From: Bacteroidota bacterium
GTDB taxonomy: Bacteria > Bacteroidota > Bacteroidia > UBA4408
Length of the DNA: 64,000 bases
Direction: 5' to 3'
NCBI GenBank assembly: GCA_016721765.1
Contig: JADKHO010000004.1
Coordinates: 288,088 to 352,087 of the forward strand
Shown here piece by piece: positions 29,033 to 38,855 of the stretch. Positions within the stretch are counted from its first letter, which is position 1. The number at the start of each line of letters is the position of its first letter. Position numbers and translations under genes: made by a program. The notes beneath the pieces are model-generated. The model saw nothing but the letters and a program-made list of their open reading frames with translations. It was not told where the DNA came from and searched no databases.

Positions 29033-29404
29033 TTACATATTGGAATTTAGTACTGTTGCCAAAATCGCTAGAATTGCCGGTAGTGCTTGAACATAAAAAA
29101 TTGTTTTTTGCACGGTAACTGCACCGTAAATCCCCGCCACGCTTACACATCCTAAGAAAAAATAAGCCACATTTGCTGACCAATACACATCGCTGATACA
29201 GAGCGACCAAATTAATCCTGCTGCTAAAAAACCATTGTATAATCCTTGATTTGCGGCCAAACCTTTAGTGGGTTCGAAGAGATGTGCCGGAAAACTTTTA
29301 AATGTTTTTTTTCCAACGGTAGTCCAGGCAAACATTTCGATATATAAAAAATACAAGTGTTCCAGTGCAACAATTGAAATCAGAATTTTGGAAATCAAGG
29401 CCAT
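29033..29404 (-). CDS. DUF1304-like small membrane protein
   Basis: 123 aa with 4 TM segments. Confidence 0.45.
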   Translation of the reverse strand: MALISKILISIVALEHLYFLYIEMFAWTTVGKKTFKSFPAHLFEPTKGLAANQGLYNGFLAAGLIWSLCISDVYWSANVAYFFLGCVSVAGIYGAVTVQKTIFYVQALPAILAILATVLNSNM

Positions 29405-29406
29405 TT

Positions 29407-30069
29407 TTATTTTTTCGCTAAAATTTTAATATCATTTACTTCCAAAATTTGCTTGTCATAACCTTTTGAAGCAGCATGAATCATAGCTAATCCGAGTTCA
29501 CTCAAGGTGGAAACAAAGTTTGGTAAAACTGTTCTAAAAAAAGGATACATCCACGAAATGTATTTGTAATAAGGTAAGGTATTTTTTAATCCTGGTGTAG
29601 GATGCATATAACCTGGACGAAAATTATATGCTTTTTTAAAGGGTAGTTTCATTAAATCATTTTCAGTCTTTCCTTTTACACGCGCCCACATAGAGCGGCC
29701 TTTTTCGCTGCTATCAGTTGCTGATCCCGAGATGTAACAAAAAACCATTTCAGGATTTAATTTGGATACTGTTTCTGCAACATGCATTGTTAGCGTATAG
29801 GTAAGTTTATAATACGCCTCTTCCTTCATCCCCACAGAAGAAACTCCCAAGCAAAAAAAGCAAGCATTGTAGCCAATAAGTTCATTTTTAATAGCTGACA
29901 TATCGAAGAAATCGGAATGAATAATTTCTTTCAGTTTGGGATGTACCACTCCACACGCTTTTCGCCCAATTACCAAAACTGCCTCCACCTCACCGTGTTG
30001 CAGGCATTCGTGGAGTACACCCTCTCCCACCATTCCGGTAGCACCGGTAAGAATTGCTCTAATTTTCAT
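29407..30069 (-). CDS. NAD(P)H-binding Rossmann-fold oxidoreductase (atypical SDR/epimerase family)
   Basis: Contains an ILTGATGMVG dinucleotide-binding motif. Confidence 0.65.
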   Translation of the reverse strand: MKIRAILTGATGMVGEGVLHECLQHGEVEAVLVIGRKACGVVHPKLKEIIHSDFFDMSAIKNELIGYNACFFCLGVSSVGMKEEAYYKLTYTLTMHVAETVSKLNPEMVFCYISGSATDSSEKGRSMWARVKGKTENDLMKLPFKKAYNFRPGYMHPTPGLKNTLPYYKYISWMYPFFRTVLPNFVSTLSELGLAMIHAASKGYDKQILEVNDIKILAKK

Positions 30070-30154
30070 ACTTATTTTTCTTCATTTAAGAAGTGAAAGT
30101 ACTAAAATCCTTGCATTCAAATCGCTATATTTGTAATACCATTAAACACCGTAT

Positions 30155-33100
30155 ATGACAAAAATAATTTCTACACTCTTTCTCGTATTTTACCTCTCGA
30201 TTAGCGGCATTGCTCAAAAATTGCCAAGACAAATGCAATTGAGTTCCGACGGTAGAATGCTCACTACTGGTCAAAAAGCCAACAACTCATTTTACAACCA
30301 AAACAGCATTCCAATCCTCTACCTTAATTTTAGTGATACGGCTAATTTTTGGCAAGACATGATTTTATACCATGATTCGCTCAAAGATTATCCGGCTACT
30401 TTAATTTACAATGGAGTGACCTACGACAGTGTGGGCGTGCGTTTCAAAGGAAATTCATCCTACGAAAACATTGGGAATTCCTTAAAAAAATCATTTAACA
30501 TTTCGCTCAATGCCTTTATTGAAGGGCAAGGTATAAACGGATATAACACATTAAATTTAAACAATTGTTACGACGATCCTTCCTTTATGCGGGAAGTGTT
30601 TTTCGAAAATCAAATCAAGCAACATATCCCGGCCGCTCAAACAAATTTTGCGCATCTATATATTAACGGCGCCGATTGGGGATTGTATGCCAATGTGCAA
30701 CAGTTAAATCGAGATTTTCAAAAAGAGTGGTTTATGAGCGATGAAGGAGCAAATTTTCGTGCATCGCGACCGCCGGGCAGCACCGGTTCAGGCAGTGTAA
30801 TAAAAGCATCCTTCTTAAATTTAGGTCAGGATACGGCTGAGTATCAAAAATTTTACACACTAAAATCGAGCGAAACAATTGATCCATGGACCAAACTAAA
30901 AGATTTTTGTACCGCTTTGGATACCATTGCTCCGGCTCGAAAAGTTGCCGCACTGAGCCAATATTTGGATATTGACAGGGCGCTTTGGTTTTTGGCCAGT
31001 GAAATTGCGTTTAATGATTTTGACAGTTACATCGAAAAAGGGAAAAACGATTTTTATGTGTATTACGAAAAAGAAACCGGGCGTTTTGCTCCACTCGAAT
31101 TTGATGGGAACGATGTAATGGATACACATTATGTGAATGCAGTGAGTGCCTTGCGACACACAACCGACACACTTTTTCCGCTTATGAGTAAAATTATTGG
31201 AGTGCCCGAAATTCGCCAACGCTATTTGGCACACATGCGTACTTTGGTTGCCGATGAACAGGATACAACAAGCGCCTTTCCTTGGATTGATAATGCGTTT
31301 TCAATGATAGATAGCATTGTGTTTGCCGATACCATAAAATTATATAGCTATGCTGCTTTTCAAAATTCACCCGGCATTTTAAAATATTATTTGCGCAACA
31401 GGCGCTTAAAAATGCTCAACAATTCGGAGGTTGATAATGTGGGACCGATAATTACGGATGTTAGACTGTATAGCGATAGCCTGCTCTGGAAACAACCGGA
31501 AGCGAATCATGCCGTACAAATTAGGGCTCAAATAAATTCAGGAAATGGAATTAGCAAAGTAATACTCCATTCGGCTACAGGCTTGGTTGGGAATTTTAAT
31601 AAGACCCAAATGTTTGACGATGGTTTGCATAACGATAGCCTTGCCGGTGATGGAATATATGCAGCTACATTAGTGGGGCAAAGCGGTGGAACATGGGTAC
31701 GTTATTATGTGGAAGCAGCCTCCAACAACACCGCTAAAACGGTAAGTTTTGAACCACCTGGTGCAGAGCACAATATTTTTATTTACCTAGTAAAACCAGC
31801 TATTGCAGCCGATAGTACAAGTATTGTGATTAATGAAATAATGGCACGCAACAATACAACCGTTACAGATAGCGCCGGACAATATGAGGATTGGATTGAG
31901 CTTTATAATAACAGCAATCAGGCTGTGGATATTAGTGGCTATTATTTAACCGACAATGAATTTAATTTAACCAAATGGCAAATCCCGCAAGGCACTATTT
32001 TAAATGCAAATGAGTATTTAATTATTTGGGCGGATGAAGATGGGGCCCAAGGAAATTTGCATGCCAACTTTAAATTTTCGGCTAATGGAGAAACCTTAAT
32101 TATATTGAATGCACAAGGCGAATTGGTAAATAAAATTTCTTTCGGCCCACAATCACCGGATATTAGTTATGCCCGCATACCCAATGGAAATGGCCCGTTT
32201 GCAGCGCAATTCCCAACTTTTGGAATTAACAATAATCCAAAGCCACAAGTTGGATTTTTTACGAGTATCACCAATGGATGTGGTACAGCGAATGTGAGCT
32301 TTTTTAATACTTCTGTAAATGCAAGTGATTACGTTTGGGATTTTGGCGACAATTCACCAACATCCACAGCAGTTAATCCTACTCATATTTACACTTCCCC
32401 TGGAAATTTCACCGTTACTTTACAAGCCAATGGTGGTGGATGGACGGTGATTGATTCCTTGCCCAATAGTGTGCAGGTAAATCCCTTACCGGTATTTGAT
32501 TTTGGTGTAGATACAATTTATGCACCTTCCGTTAATTATTTGCTTGAAGCCGGAAATGGCTTCACTTCATATTCCTGGAATACCGGCGATCTTACACAAG
32601 GAATTTTGCTTAGCACCAGTGGCAATTATTGTGTGGTGGTGGGCGATGTAAATGGATGTACCGATACTGCTTGCGTGTATTTGAAATTTCCATTGGCTTT
32701 GCCACAAGCATCCTATACGGCTAATAATACGCAAGGCTGTGCTGCGCTATATGTAAGTTTCACCAACACTTCTATTAATGGGGTTAACTATATATGGGAT
32801 TTTGGTGATGCTAGTCCAATTTCAACGGACGAAAACCCGGAGCATGCCTTTAATGGAGCAGGTATTTACAATGTAAGTTTATCGGCCATAAATGCTATTG
32901 ACACTTCTGTATTTATTAGCAGCATTAGTGTTTTTCCTAATCCGGTTTTTTCCTTTGCGTCAGATACCATTCATGCTCCAAACGCCACCTTACTTTTGGA
33001 TGCCGGAACCGGTTTCACATCTTATGCATGGAACACCGGGGAAATAACACAAGCCATTACGGTTGATTCTAATGCCAACTATTGTGTTGTGGTTATGAAC

Positions 33101-33397
33101 CAATTTGCTTGTGCAGATACGGATTGTGTATATATAACTGTAAACGGATTAGGATTAAATTCCATGAATGAAGAAGTCCTGCAAACACTCTTTCCAAATC
33201 CTGCCAGTGATTTTGTGTTGCTAAGTTCTTCTTCCGCAAAAAACGAAAAAATTGAAATTTATAGTGCTCAAGGTGCATTAGTTTATCGCTCACATTTCAC
33301 TGCTCAAATTCGTATCGAAACCAATAATTGGGCTGAAGGAATTTATTTGGTGAAAAATGGGGAGCATAATTTTAGGAAATTGGTGATTCAGCGATAG
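30155..33397 (+). CDS. T9SS cargo: CotH kinase-family domain, lamin-tail domain, PKD and cysteine-containing repeat domains, and a C-terminal T9SS sorting domain
   Basis: CotH-like N-terminus (YNGVTYDSVGVRFKGNSSYEN..KKSFNISL), LTD (IVINEIMARNN..YEDWIELYNNSNQAVDISGYYLTD), PKD motifs (WDFGDNSP.., WDFGDASP..), repeated SY.WNTG...NYCVVV modules, and a terminal LFPNPASDFVLL...IYLVK sorting domain. Confidence 0.75.
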   Translation: MTKIISTLFLVFYLSISGIAQKLPRQMQLSSDGRMLTTGQKANNSFYNQNSIPILYLNFSDTANFWQDMILYHDSLKDYPATLIYNGVTYDSVGVRFKGNSSYENIGNSLKKSFNISLNAFIEGQGINGYNTLNLNNCYDDPSFMREVFFENQIKQHIPAAQTNFAHLYINGADWGLYANVQQLNRDFQKEWFMSDEGANFRASRPPGSTGSGSVIKASFLNLGQDTAEYQKFYTLKSSETIDPWTKLKDFCTALDTIAPARKVAALSQYLDIDRALWFLASEIAFNDFDSYIEKGKNDFYVYYEKETGRFAPLEFDGNDVMDTHYVNAVSALRHTTDTLFPLMSKIIGVPEIRQRYLAHMRTLVADEQDTTSAFPWIDNAFSMIDSIVFADTIKLYSYAAFQNSPGILKYYLRNRRLKMLNNSEVDNVGPIITDVRLYSDSLLWKQPEANHAVQIRAQINSGNGISKVILHSATGLVGNFNKTQMFDDGLHNDSLAGDGIYAATLVGQSGGTWVRYYVEAASNNTAKTVSFEPPGAEHNIFIYLVKPAIAADSTSIVINEIMARNNTTVTDSAGQYEDWIELYNNSNQAVDISGYYLTDNEFNLTKWQIPQGTILNANEYLIIWADEDGAQGNLHANFKFSANGETLIILNAQGELVNKISFGPQSPDISYARIPNGNGPFAAQFPTFGINNNPKPQVGFFTSITNGCGTANVSFFNTSVNASDYVWDFGDNSPTSTAVNPTHIYTSPGNFTVTLQANGGGWTVIDSLPNSVQVNPLPVFDFGVDTIYAPSVNYLLEAGNGFTSYSWNTGDLTQGILLSTSGNYCVVVGDVNGCTDTACVYLKFPLALPQASYTANNTQGCAALYVSFTNTSINGVNYIWDFGDASPISTDENPEHAFNGAGIYNVSLSAINAIDTSVFISSISVFPNPVFSFASDTIHAPNATLLLDAGTGFTSYAWNTGEITQAITVDSNANYCVVVMNQFACADTDCVYITVNGLGLNSMNEEVLQTLFPNPASDFVLLSSSSAKNEKIEIYSAQGALVYRSHFTAQIRIETNNWAEGIYLVKNGEHNFRKLVIQR

Positions 33398-33666
33398 TGC
33401 GGTTTCTATTGCCGCTGGCGAAGAAAACGCACATGTTGAGTGCTATATAAATTTGTGTGTAACTATTGTCATTTTTCTTGCAATTGATGTTGATTGTAAA
33501 TTTCGACCAGATACTTAATGATGAAGTAGCTAATACGCACTATAACTGTATTTGATGTTGGCATTTCATATGCATCCAAAAGTATTTTGTAATATCTTAT
33601 TAGTTTCAGTTTATTTGTCGAATTAACTTTCTTCAATAATCACAAACAATAAAATACGCTTCCAAA

Positions 33667-34560
33667 ATGAAATCAACTTTTTATCAATTGTCGATTCTTC
33701 TTTTAATTTTAATTTCATGCGCTGAGAAAAAAACAACTAATCCTATAACTGAACTTGTAAAACAAAACAGCATGTCTTTTAAAAGTGGATACTTGGATGT
33801 GAATGGACTTAAAATGTACTACGAAATTTATGGTGCCGGCAAACCATTGGTTTTAGTGCATGGTGGAGGCTCAACAATTCAAACAAGCTTTGAAAAAATT
33901 ATTCCTTTGCTTTCAAAAAACAGACAAGTAATAGCTTTGGAAATACAAGCACACGGACGTACTAGCGACCGAAACGCGGACATTAGCTTTGAACAAGACG
34001 CAGATGATATCGCAACGCTTCTTAAAAATTTACATATTTCCCAGGCCGATTTTTTTGGCTTTAGTAACGGAGGTACTACCGTTTTACAACTGGCCATCAG
34101 ACATCCACAACTCATTAACAAAATGATTTTGGGTTCAGCATTAGCAAAACGAAATGGGGTTCCTGAATGGTTTTGGAATTTTATGGATCAGGCCAAATTA
34201 GAAAATATGCCGGAGCAATTAAAACTTGGATACAAAAAAGTGGCCGCAGATTCAAATGGCTTACAAGTGATGCACGACAGGGATGCAAAGCGCATGCAAA
34301 ATTTCAAGGACATTCCGGATGCACAAATCAAAGCTATTAAATCCCCTACTCTAATTATTAACGGAGACAAAGATGTTATTACACCTGAACATGCGTTAGA
34401 ACTTCATCGTCAAATTGAACATTCAGAATTAGCCATTATCCCTGGTGGGCATGGAGAATACATGGGAGAAATTACAACTTTAAAACCCGACTTTAAGGAA
34501 AGTGAAATGATTGTTCCGATTATTGAAAAATTCTTGAACAGCCATGTAATTAAGCATTAA
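33667..34560 (+). CDS. Alpha/beta hydrolase lipoprotein
   Basis: Lipobox (LLILISC), HGGGS oxyanion region, and a GFSNGG nucleophile elbow. Confidence 0.85.
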   Translation: MKSTFYQLSILLLILISCAEKKTTNPITELVKQNSMSFKSGYLDVNGLKMYYEIYGAGKPLVLVHGGGSTIQTSFEKIIPLLSKNRQVIALEIQAHGRTSDRNADISFEQDADDIATLLKNLHISQADFFGFSNGGTTVLQLAIRHPQLINKMILGSALAKRNGVPEWFWNFMDQAKLENMPEQLKLGYKKVAADSNGLQVMHDRDAKRMQNFKDIPDAQIKAIKSPTLIINGDKDVITPEHALELHRQIEHSELAIIPGGHGEYMGEITTLKPDFKESEMIVPIIEKFLNSHVIKH

Positions 34561-34659
34561 TAGGAATTTTGGAAATAAAAGACAAACATCAGAAATTGAT
34601 TCTTTAAAAAAATCCTCCACAAAATTCCTGGACTTCTTAAACTGCCAACTGGAAAGGGT

Positions 34660-35337
34660 TTAGGTCTTTTTCAAACTCGTAAATACCAAATCATTTAAAA
34701 AAGCAATAATATCACTTTCCTCCTTCGATTTACCAAAATCGGTAAGCGAGGGTAAATGATTCATAAAGAAGTTTTGAAAATGTGCCATTTCAATAATGGT
34801 GGATGCCAATGATTTTGGATATTTATACTTAGGATTGCATTCTTTAATAACACTGCCAATCAATGCACAAAGTTCTTTATAAGGTTTAAAAAATTGTTGC
34901 TTGTTGTCCTCCCCTACTTGTTTCGTTAGATAGGCTTTTGAACCCTCCGATATGATAATTTTGTGCAGCAAACTTTCGTTGATATAATTGGTTTGCATAT
35001 CGTCTTCCACTGCAGTGGATAACAGTTTGATGATACGTTTCAATTTTATAGACGGGTCTTTAATATTGTTGGTGTGAAAACTTATTTGATACGCTAACCA
35101 GCCCCAATACCAAGCGGTTAAATAAAGCAACAATTTATGTTTGTTTTCAAAATAACGGTAAACGCCTGCTTCTGTGGTGCCAATATCTTCAGCCAGTTTC
35201 TTAAAGGTAAACACTTCAAAACCTAATTTATAGATCAGTTGAATACTATGTTTAAGGATATTCCTGCCTAATTCGGAATCTTCGGGATTTCGGAGGAACA
35301 AAGCCTCATTCATTTTAATCTGTAAGTGTAACTTCAT
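34660..35337 (-). CDS. TetR/AcrR family transcriptional regulator
   Basis: N-terminal TetR HTH (FTFKKLAEDIGTTEAGVYRYFENKHKLL). Confidence 0.8.
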   Translation of the reverse strand: MKLHLQIKMNEALFLRNPEDSELGRNILKHSIQLIYKLGFEVFTFKKLAEDIGTTEAGVYRYFENKHKLLLYLTAWYWGWLAYQISFHTNNIKDPSIKLKRIIKLLSTAVEDDMQTNYINESLLHKIIISEGSKAYLTKQVGEDNKQQFFKPYKELCALIGSVIKECNPKYKYPKSLASTIIEMAHFQNFFMNHLPSLTDFGKSKEESDIIAFLNDLVFTSLKKT

Positions 35338-35406
35338 TTGAGGGTTTAGAAGAGTAGGAAAAAAGGTTAAATCAAAAGTACAAAAAAATATTTTACAATT
35401 TTTTAT

Positions 35407-35442
35407 GATAGTTTTACTATCTTTTGTAAAACTATTACTATC
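35407..35442. promoter_or_regulatory. Palindromic operator-like sites in the divergent TetR / bestrophin intergenic region
   Basis: Perfect inverted repeat GATAGT-TTT-ACTATC (35407-35421). A second inverted pair, atagttttac / gtaaaactat, overlaps it. Confidence 0.5.
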
Positions 35443-35468
35443 TTTGTGCTCGAAATTAAAATGCTACT

Positions 35469-36362
35469 ATGTTACTTAACAAAAAAATACCGGCCAGCTA
35501 CATCTTTAACAAAGTAAAGTTTGATTTAGTTTATATTTTACTTGTATCAGCTGTTGTGCTATTTATTACCGAAAGATTTAAAGTCCTCTTGCCGGAAATG
35601 CCCTTAACTATTCCGGCATTTATTGGAACGGCCATCTCCATTTTGCTTTCATTTAAATTAAATCAATCTTACGATAGATGGTGGGAAGCTCGAAAAGTGT
35701 GGGGCGCAATTGTTAACGATTCTCGCAGCTTTGTTATTCAATTGCAAAGTTTGACCTCCAAAAACAATGCAGAAGCTGTTAAAAAAATAGCCTTACGTCA
35801 GATTGCCTGGTGCTATTCACTTGGTCAATCGCTTAGAGGTTTAAATCCCATTTCAAATTTAGAGCAGTATATTTCTATACAAGAGCTTGAAGAAATAAAG
35901 CAGCATAACAACAAACCACTTGCATTACTTCAGCTTCATGCAAAGGATATTAAGGAGCTCAAAGAAAAAAATCAAATTGATATTTTTTCACACTTGCAAT
36001 TAGATGCCACTTTAGTGAGACTCTGCGATTCACAGGGAAAATCAGAGCGGATAAAAACGACTGTTTTTCCGGTTACTTATCGCCATTTTTTACATGCCAT
36101 CATTTATCTTTTTGTTGTTACACTTTCTATTGCCTTAAAAGACATAGCTGTAATTTTTGAAATTCCGCTTTTACTGTTGCTATCCAGTGCATTCTTTTTA
36201 CTTGAAAAATCCGCAACGCACATGCAAGATCCATTTGAAAATAGGCCTACCGACACCGCTGTAACAGCCATAGCAAGAACCATTGAAATAAACATTAAAC
36301 AACTTTTAAAGGAGGCAGAAGTTCCATCACCGCTTTCGCCACAAAAATTTTATCTATCCTAA
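35469..36362 (+). CDS. Bestrophin-like (UPF0187/YneE) anion channel family protein
   Basis: Carries the SYDRWWEARKVWG signature after TM2. Has four TM segments. Confidence 0.8.
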   Translation: MLLNKKIPASYIFNKVKFDLVYILLVSAVVLFITERFKVLLPEMPLTIPAFIGTAISILLSFKLNQSYDRWWEARKVWGAIVNDSRSFVIQLQSLTSKNNAEAVKKIALRQIAWCYSLGQSLRGLNPISNLEQYISIQELEEIKQHNNKPLALLQLHAKDIKELKEKNQIDIFSHLQLDATLVRLCDSQGKSERIKTTVFPVTYRHFLHAIIYLFVVTLSIALKDIAVIFEIPLLLLLSSAFFLLEKSATHMQDPFENRPTDTAVTAIARTIEINIKQLLKEAEVPSPLSPQKFYLS

Positions 36363-36379
36363 CTAATAAATAAAAAAAA

Positions 36380-37030
36380 ATGAAAACATTAACAAAAGAA
36401 ATGCAAGAAGCCATAACTCCCAAATTGGCACTGGAACTATTAAAAGAAGGGAACAAACGATTTGTGAATAACCTTAAGGTAAACCGCAATCTATTACAAC
36501 AAGCAAATGAAACTTCAGATGGGCAGCACCCTTTTGCAGTTATTTTAAGTTGTATTGATAGCCGCACTTCTGCAGAACTAATTTTTGACCAGGGTCTTGG
36601 TGATATTTTTAGTGTTCGAATAGCCGGCAACATTATTAATGAAGATATCCTTGGAAGTATGGAATTTGGCTGCAAAGTAGCGGGTGCAAAAATTATTGTT
36701 GTGTTAGGCCATACCAAATGTGGCGCTGTGAAAGGTGCCTGCGATCACGTTGAAATGGGGAACTTAACAGCATTGTTAACCAAAATACGTCCTGCAGTAG
36801 ATGCCGAAACTACAATCAAGTCAAATCGAGTTGCCAGCAATTCGGAATTCGTTGAAAAAGTTGCAATCATCAATGTAAAGCGAACAGTAGAGTCAATCAT
36901 GCAACGTAGCCCTATATTAAAGGAAATGATTGAAAGCGGAAAAATTGGAATAGTTGGCGGAACACACAACATTTCTAGTGGTGAAGTAACTTTTTTTTCA
37001 GATACGCTAAATTCAGAGGTAATAAACTAA
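36380..37030 (+). CDS. Beta-class carbonic anhydrase
   Basis: Zinc ligands in CIDSR ... HTKCGAV, with a typical 216 aa length. Confidence 0.9.
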   Translation: MKTLTKEMQEAITPKLALELLKEGNKRFVNNLKVNRNLLQQANETSDGQHPFAVILSCIDSRTSAELIFDQGLGDIFSVRIAGNIINEDILGSMEFGCKVAGAKIIVVLGHTKCGAVKGACDHVEMGNLTALLTKIRPAVDAETTIKSNRVASNSEFVEKVAIINVKRTVESIMQRSPILKEMIESGKIGIVGGTHNISSGEVTFFSDTLNSEVIN

Positions 37031-37181
37031 CAGAACAATTATGTATTATAAAAAATACTCGCCATGAGCATAAATTGAATTGTTAATGGAATGCAACGAG
37101 CAACTGGCGTGTATTTTTTTTAGTGCTTCTTACTCGAAATGGGTAACTTATGCTATTTATAAAGTGAGCCTGTTTGGCAAA

Positions 37182-38552
37182 TTATTGCAAGCCCTTCTGA
37201 TCAATCAAATAAATAAATGCAGCAAGCGCAGCACCTCCCAATTCAAGTTCTCGCTTATTCACTTTATCAAATGTATCGGCGGGGCTATGATGGTAATCGA
37301 AATAACGTTGCGATTCGGGAACTAACGAAAAGCCGGGAACTCCAGTATTAACGATAGGTTCAATATCGGTTCCGCTGCCACTTTCATTAAAATTATAAAT
37401 GCCATAAGGTTCTAATAGAGGGCGCCACGATTTTATTTTAGTTCTTATTTCACTCGATGCATCCATTGAAAAACCAAGTGGTGCAAAAGCTCCTTCATCA
37501 CTTTCGATAGCAGCGATGTGCGTTTCCTGATTTTGCTTAGCGAGCTCAGCGTATTTTAGGCCACCCACATGCCCATTTTCTTCATTCATAAACGCAACCG
37601 CTCGAATGGTATAACGTGGTTTATAATTTAAAGCTTTTAAAATGCGAATTACTTCAATACTTTGCATTACTCCTGCCCCATCATCGTGTGCACCCTGACC
37701 GGTATCCCAAGAATCCAAATGCCCACCTACTACAATAATTTTTTCGGGTTGCTCCGATCCCTTAATTTCGGCAAGCACATTAAACGATGGTTCATCCTCC
37801 AACTTTTTACACGATTGTTTAAAGAAGAATTGAAGATTAGGATTATCCTTTAGCATATCGCTTAATAAATCGGCGCCGTTCGTGCTTATTGCACAAGCCG
37901 GAATTTTTACAATAGAATCCTCATATCCCATTGAACCGGTATGCGGGAAATCTTGCTTACTCAAAGACATCGAGCGCACCACTACTCCTATTGCTCCAAA
38001 AGGCGCAGCTTGAGAAGCACCCGCCCAGCGTTGTCCTGCTGCCCCACCATAAGCGTGCATGGTATTGAGTAGCTTGGGATCCATTGGGCGATTATAGAAA
38101 ACTATTTTTCCTTTAATCTTTTCGGTTCCTAAAATTTTTAATTCATCAAAAGAATGAACTTCAATAACCTTAGCGGTGATGCCGGTTTCGGAGGTTGCAA
38201 TACTTCCGCCTAAAGCGCAAACAGAAACATCAAGAGTTTTTTGTTTACTAATAATTTTGGCAGACTCTTTATCCCCCCTTACCCAATGCGGTACCATACA
38301 AGCTTGCTTATAAACGCTGTCCGCACCAAGTTTCGCCATTATTCCTTCCACATACAGCACTGCTTTTGCAGCATTCTCGGAACCGGAAAGGCGGCCACCA
38401 AATTTGGTACAGAGGTACTCGAGGTTTATATAGGAGGGTGAATGCGTTAATGCTTCATCAAAAATTTTGCGCAGCATAATCGAATCCGCATTTTGTGCCT
38501 GAATGGGTTTTATCCAAGTTATAAGAAGAATTCCAAAAATCAGCTTTTTCAT
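37182..38552 (-). CDS. M28 family zinc peptidase with PA domain (secreted)
   Basis: Signal peptide plus the HLDSWDTGQGAHDDGAG metal-binding region. Confidence 0.8.
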   Translation of the reverse strand: MKKLIFGILLITWIKPIQAQNADSIMLRKIFDEALTHSPSYINLEYLCTKFGGRLSGSENAAKAVLYVEGIMAKLGADSVYKQACMVPHWVRGDKESAKIISKQKTLDVSVCALGGSIATSETGITAKVIEVHSFDELKILGTEKIKGKIVFYNRPMDPKLLNTMHAYGGAAGQRWAGASQAAPFGAIGVVVRSMSLSKQDFPHTGSMGYEDSIVKIPACAISTNGADLLSDMLKDNPNLQFFFKQSCKKLEDEPSFNVLAEIKGSEQPEKIIVVGGHLDSWDTGQGAHDDGAGVMQSIEVIRILKALNYKPRYTIRAVAFMNEENGHVGGLKYAELAKQNQETHIAAIESDEGAFAPLGFSMDASSEIRTKIKSWRPLLEPYGIYNFNESGSGTDIEPIVNTGVPGFSLVPESQRYFDYHHSPADTFDKVNKRELELGGAALAAFIYLIDQKGLQ

Positions 38553-38564
38553 TTTTAGTTTGAA

Positions 38565-38855
38565 TTATAAAAAAACAATATCGGTTATCACATTATGTTT
38601 CGCTTCTTTATTGAGCAAATCAACCAGCTTGGCTTTGGCATACGAAAGTTCATTGCGCAATGCGGCAGAGTTCAATTCCACAAAAAGCGTTTTTTTATTT
38701 ATGTAGATGCGTGAAGTTTGTTTAGCTACTGATATTCCCATGAGTGATTCCCATGAATTAATGAGACGCACTTCATGCAACTTTCCATCTAAACAGTAGG
38801 AAGCCAACAATTCGTTGATGACTTCTTTAAGCGATTGTTCGTTACTTGCGGCCAT
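38565..38855 (-). CDS. DUF721 (DciA-like) protein downstream of recF
   Basis: 96 aa in the conserved position after recF. Confidence 0.55.
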   Translation of the reverse strand: MAASNEQSLKEVINELLASYCLDGKLHEVRLINSWESLMGISVAKQTSRIYINKKTLFVELNSAALRNELSYAKAKLVDLLNKEAKHNVITDIVFL

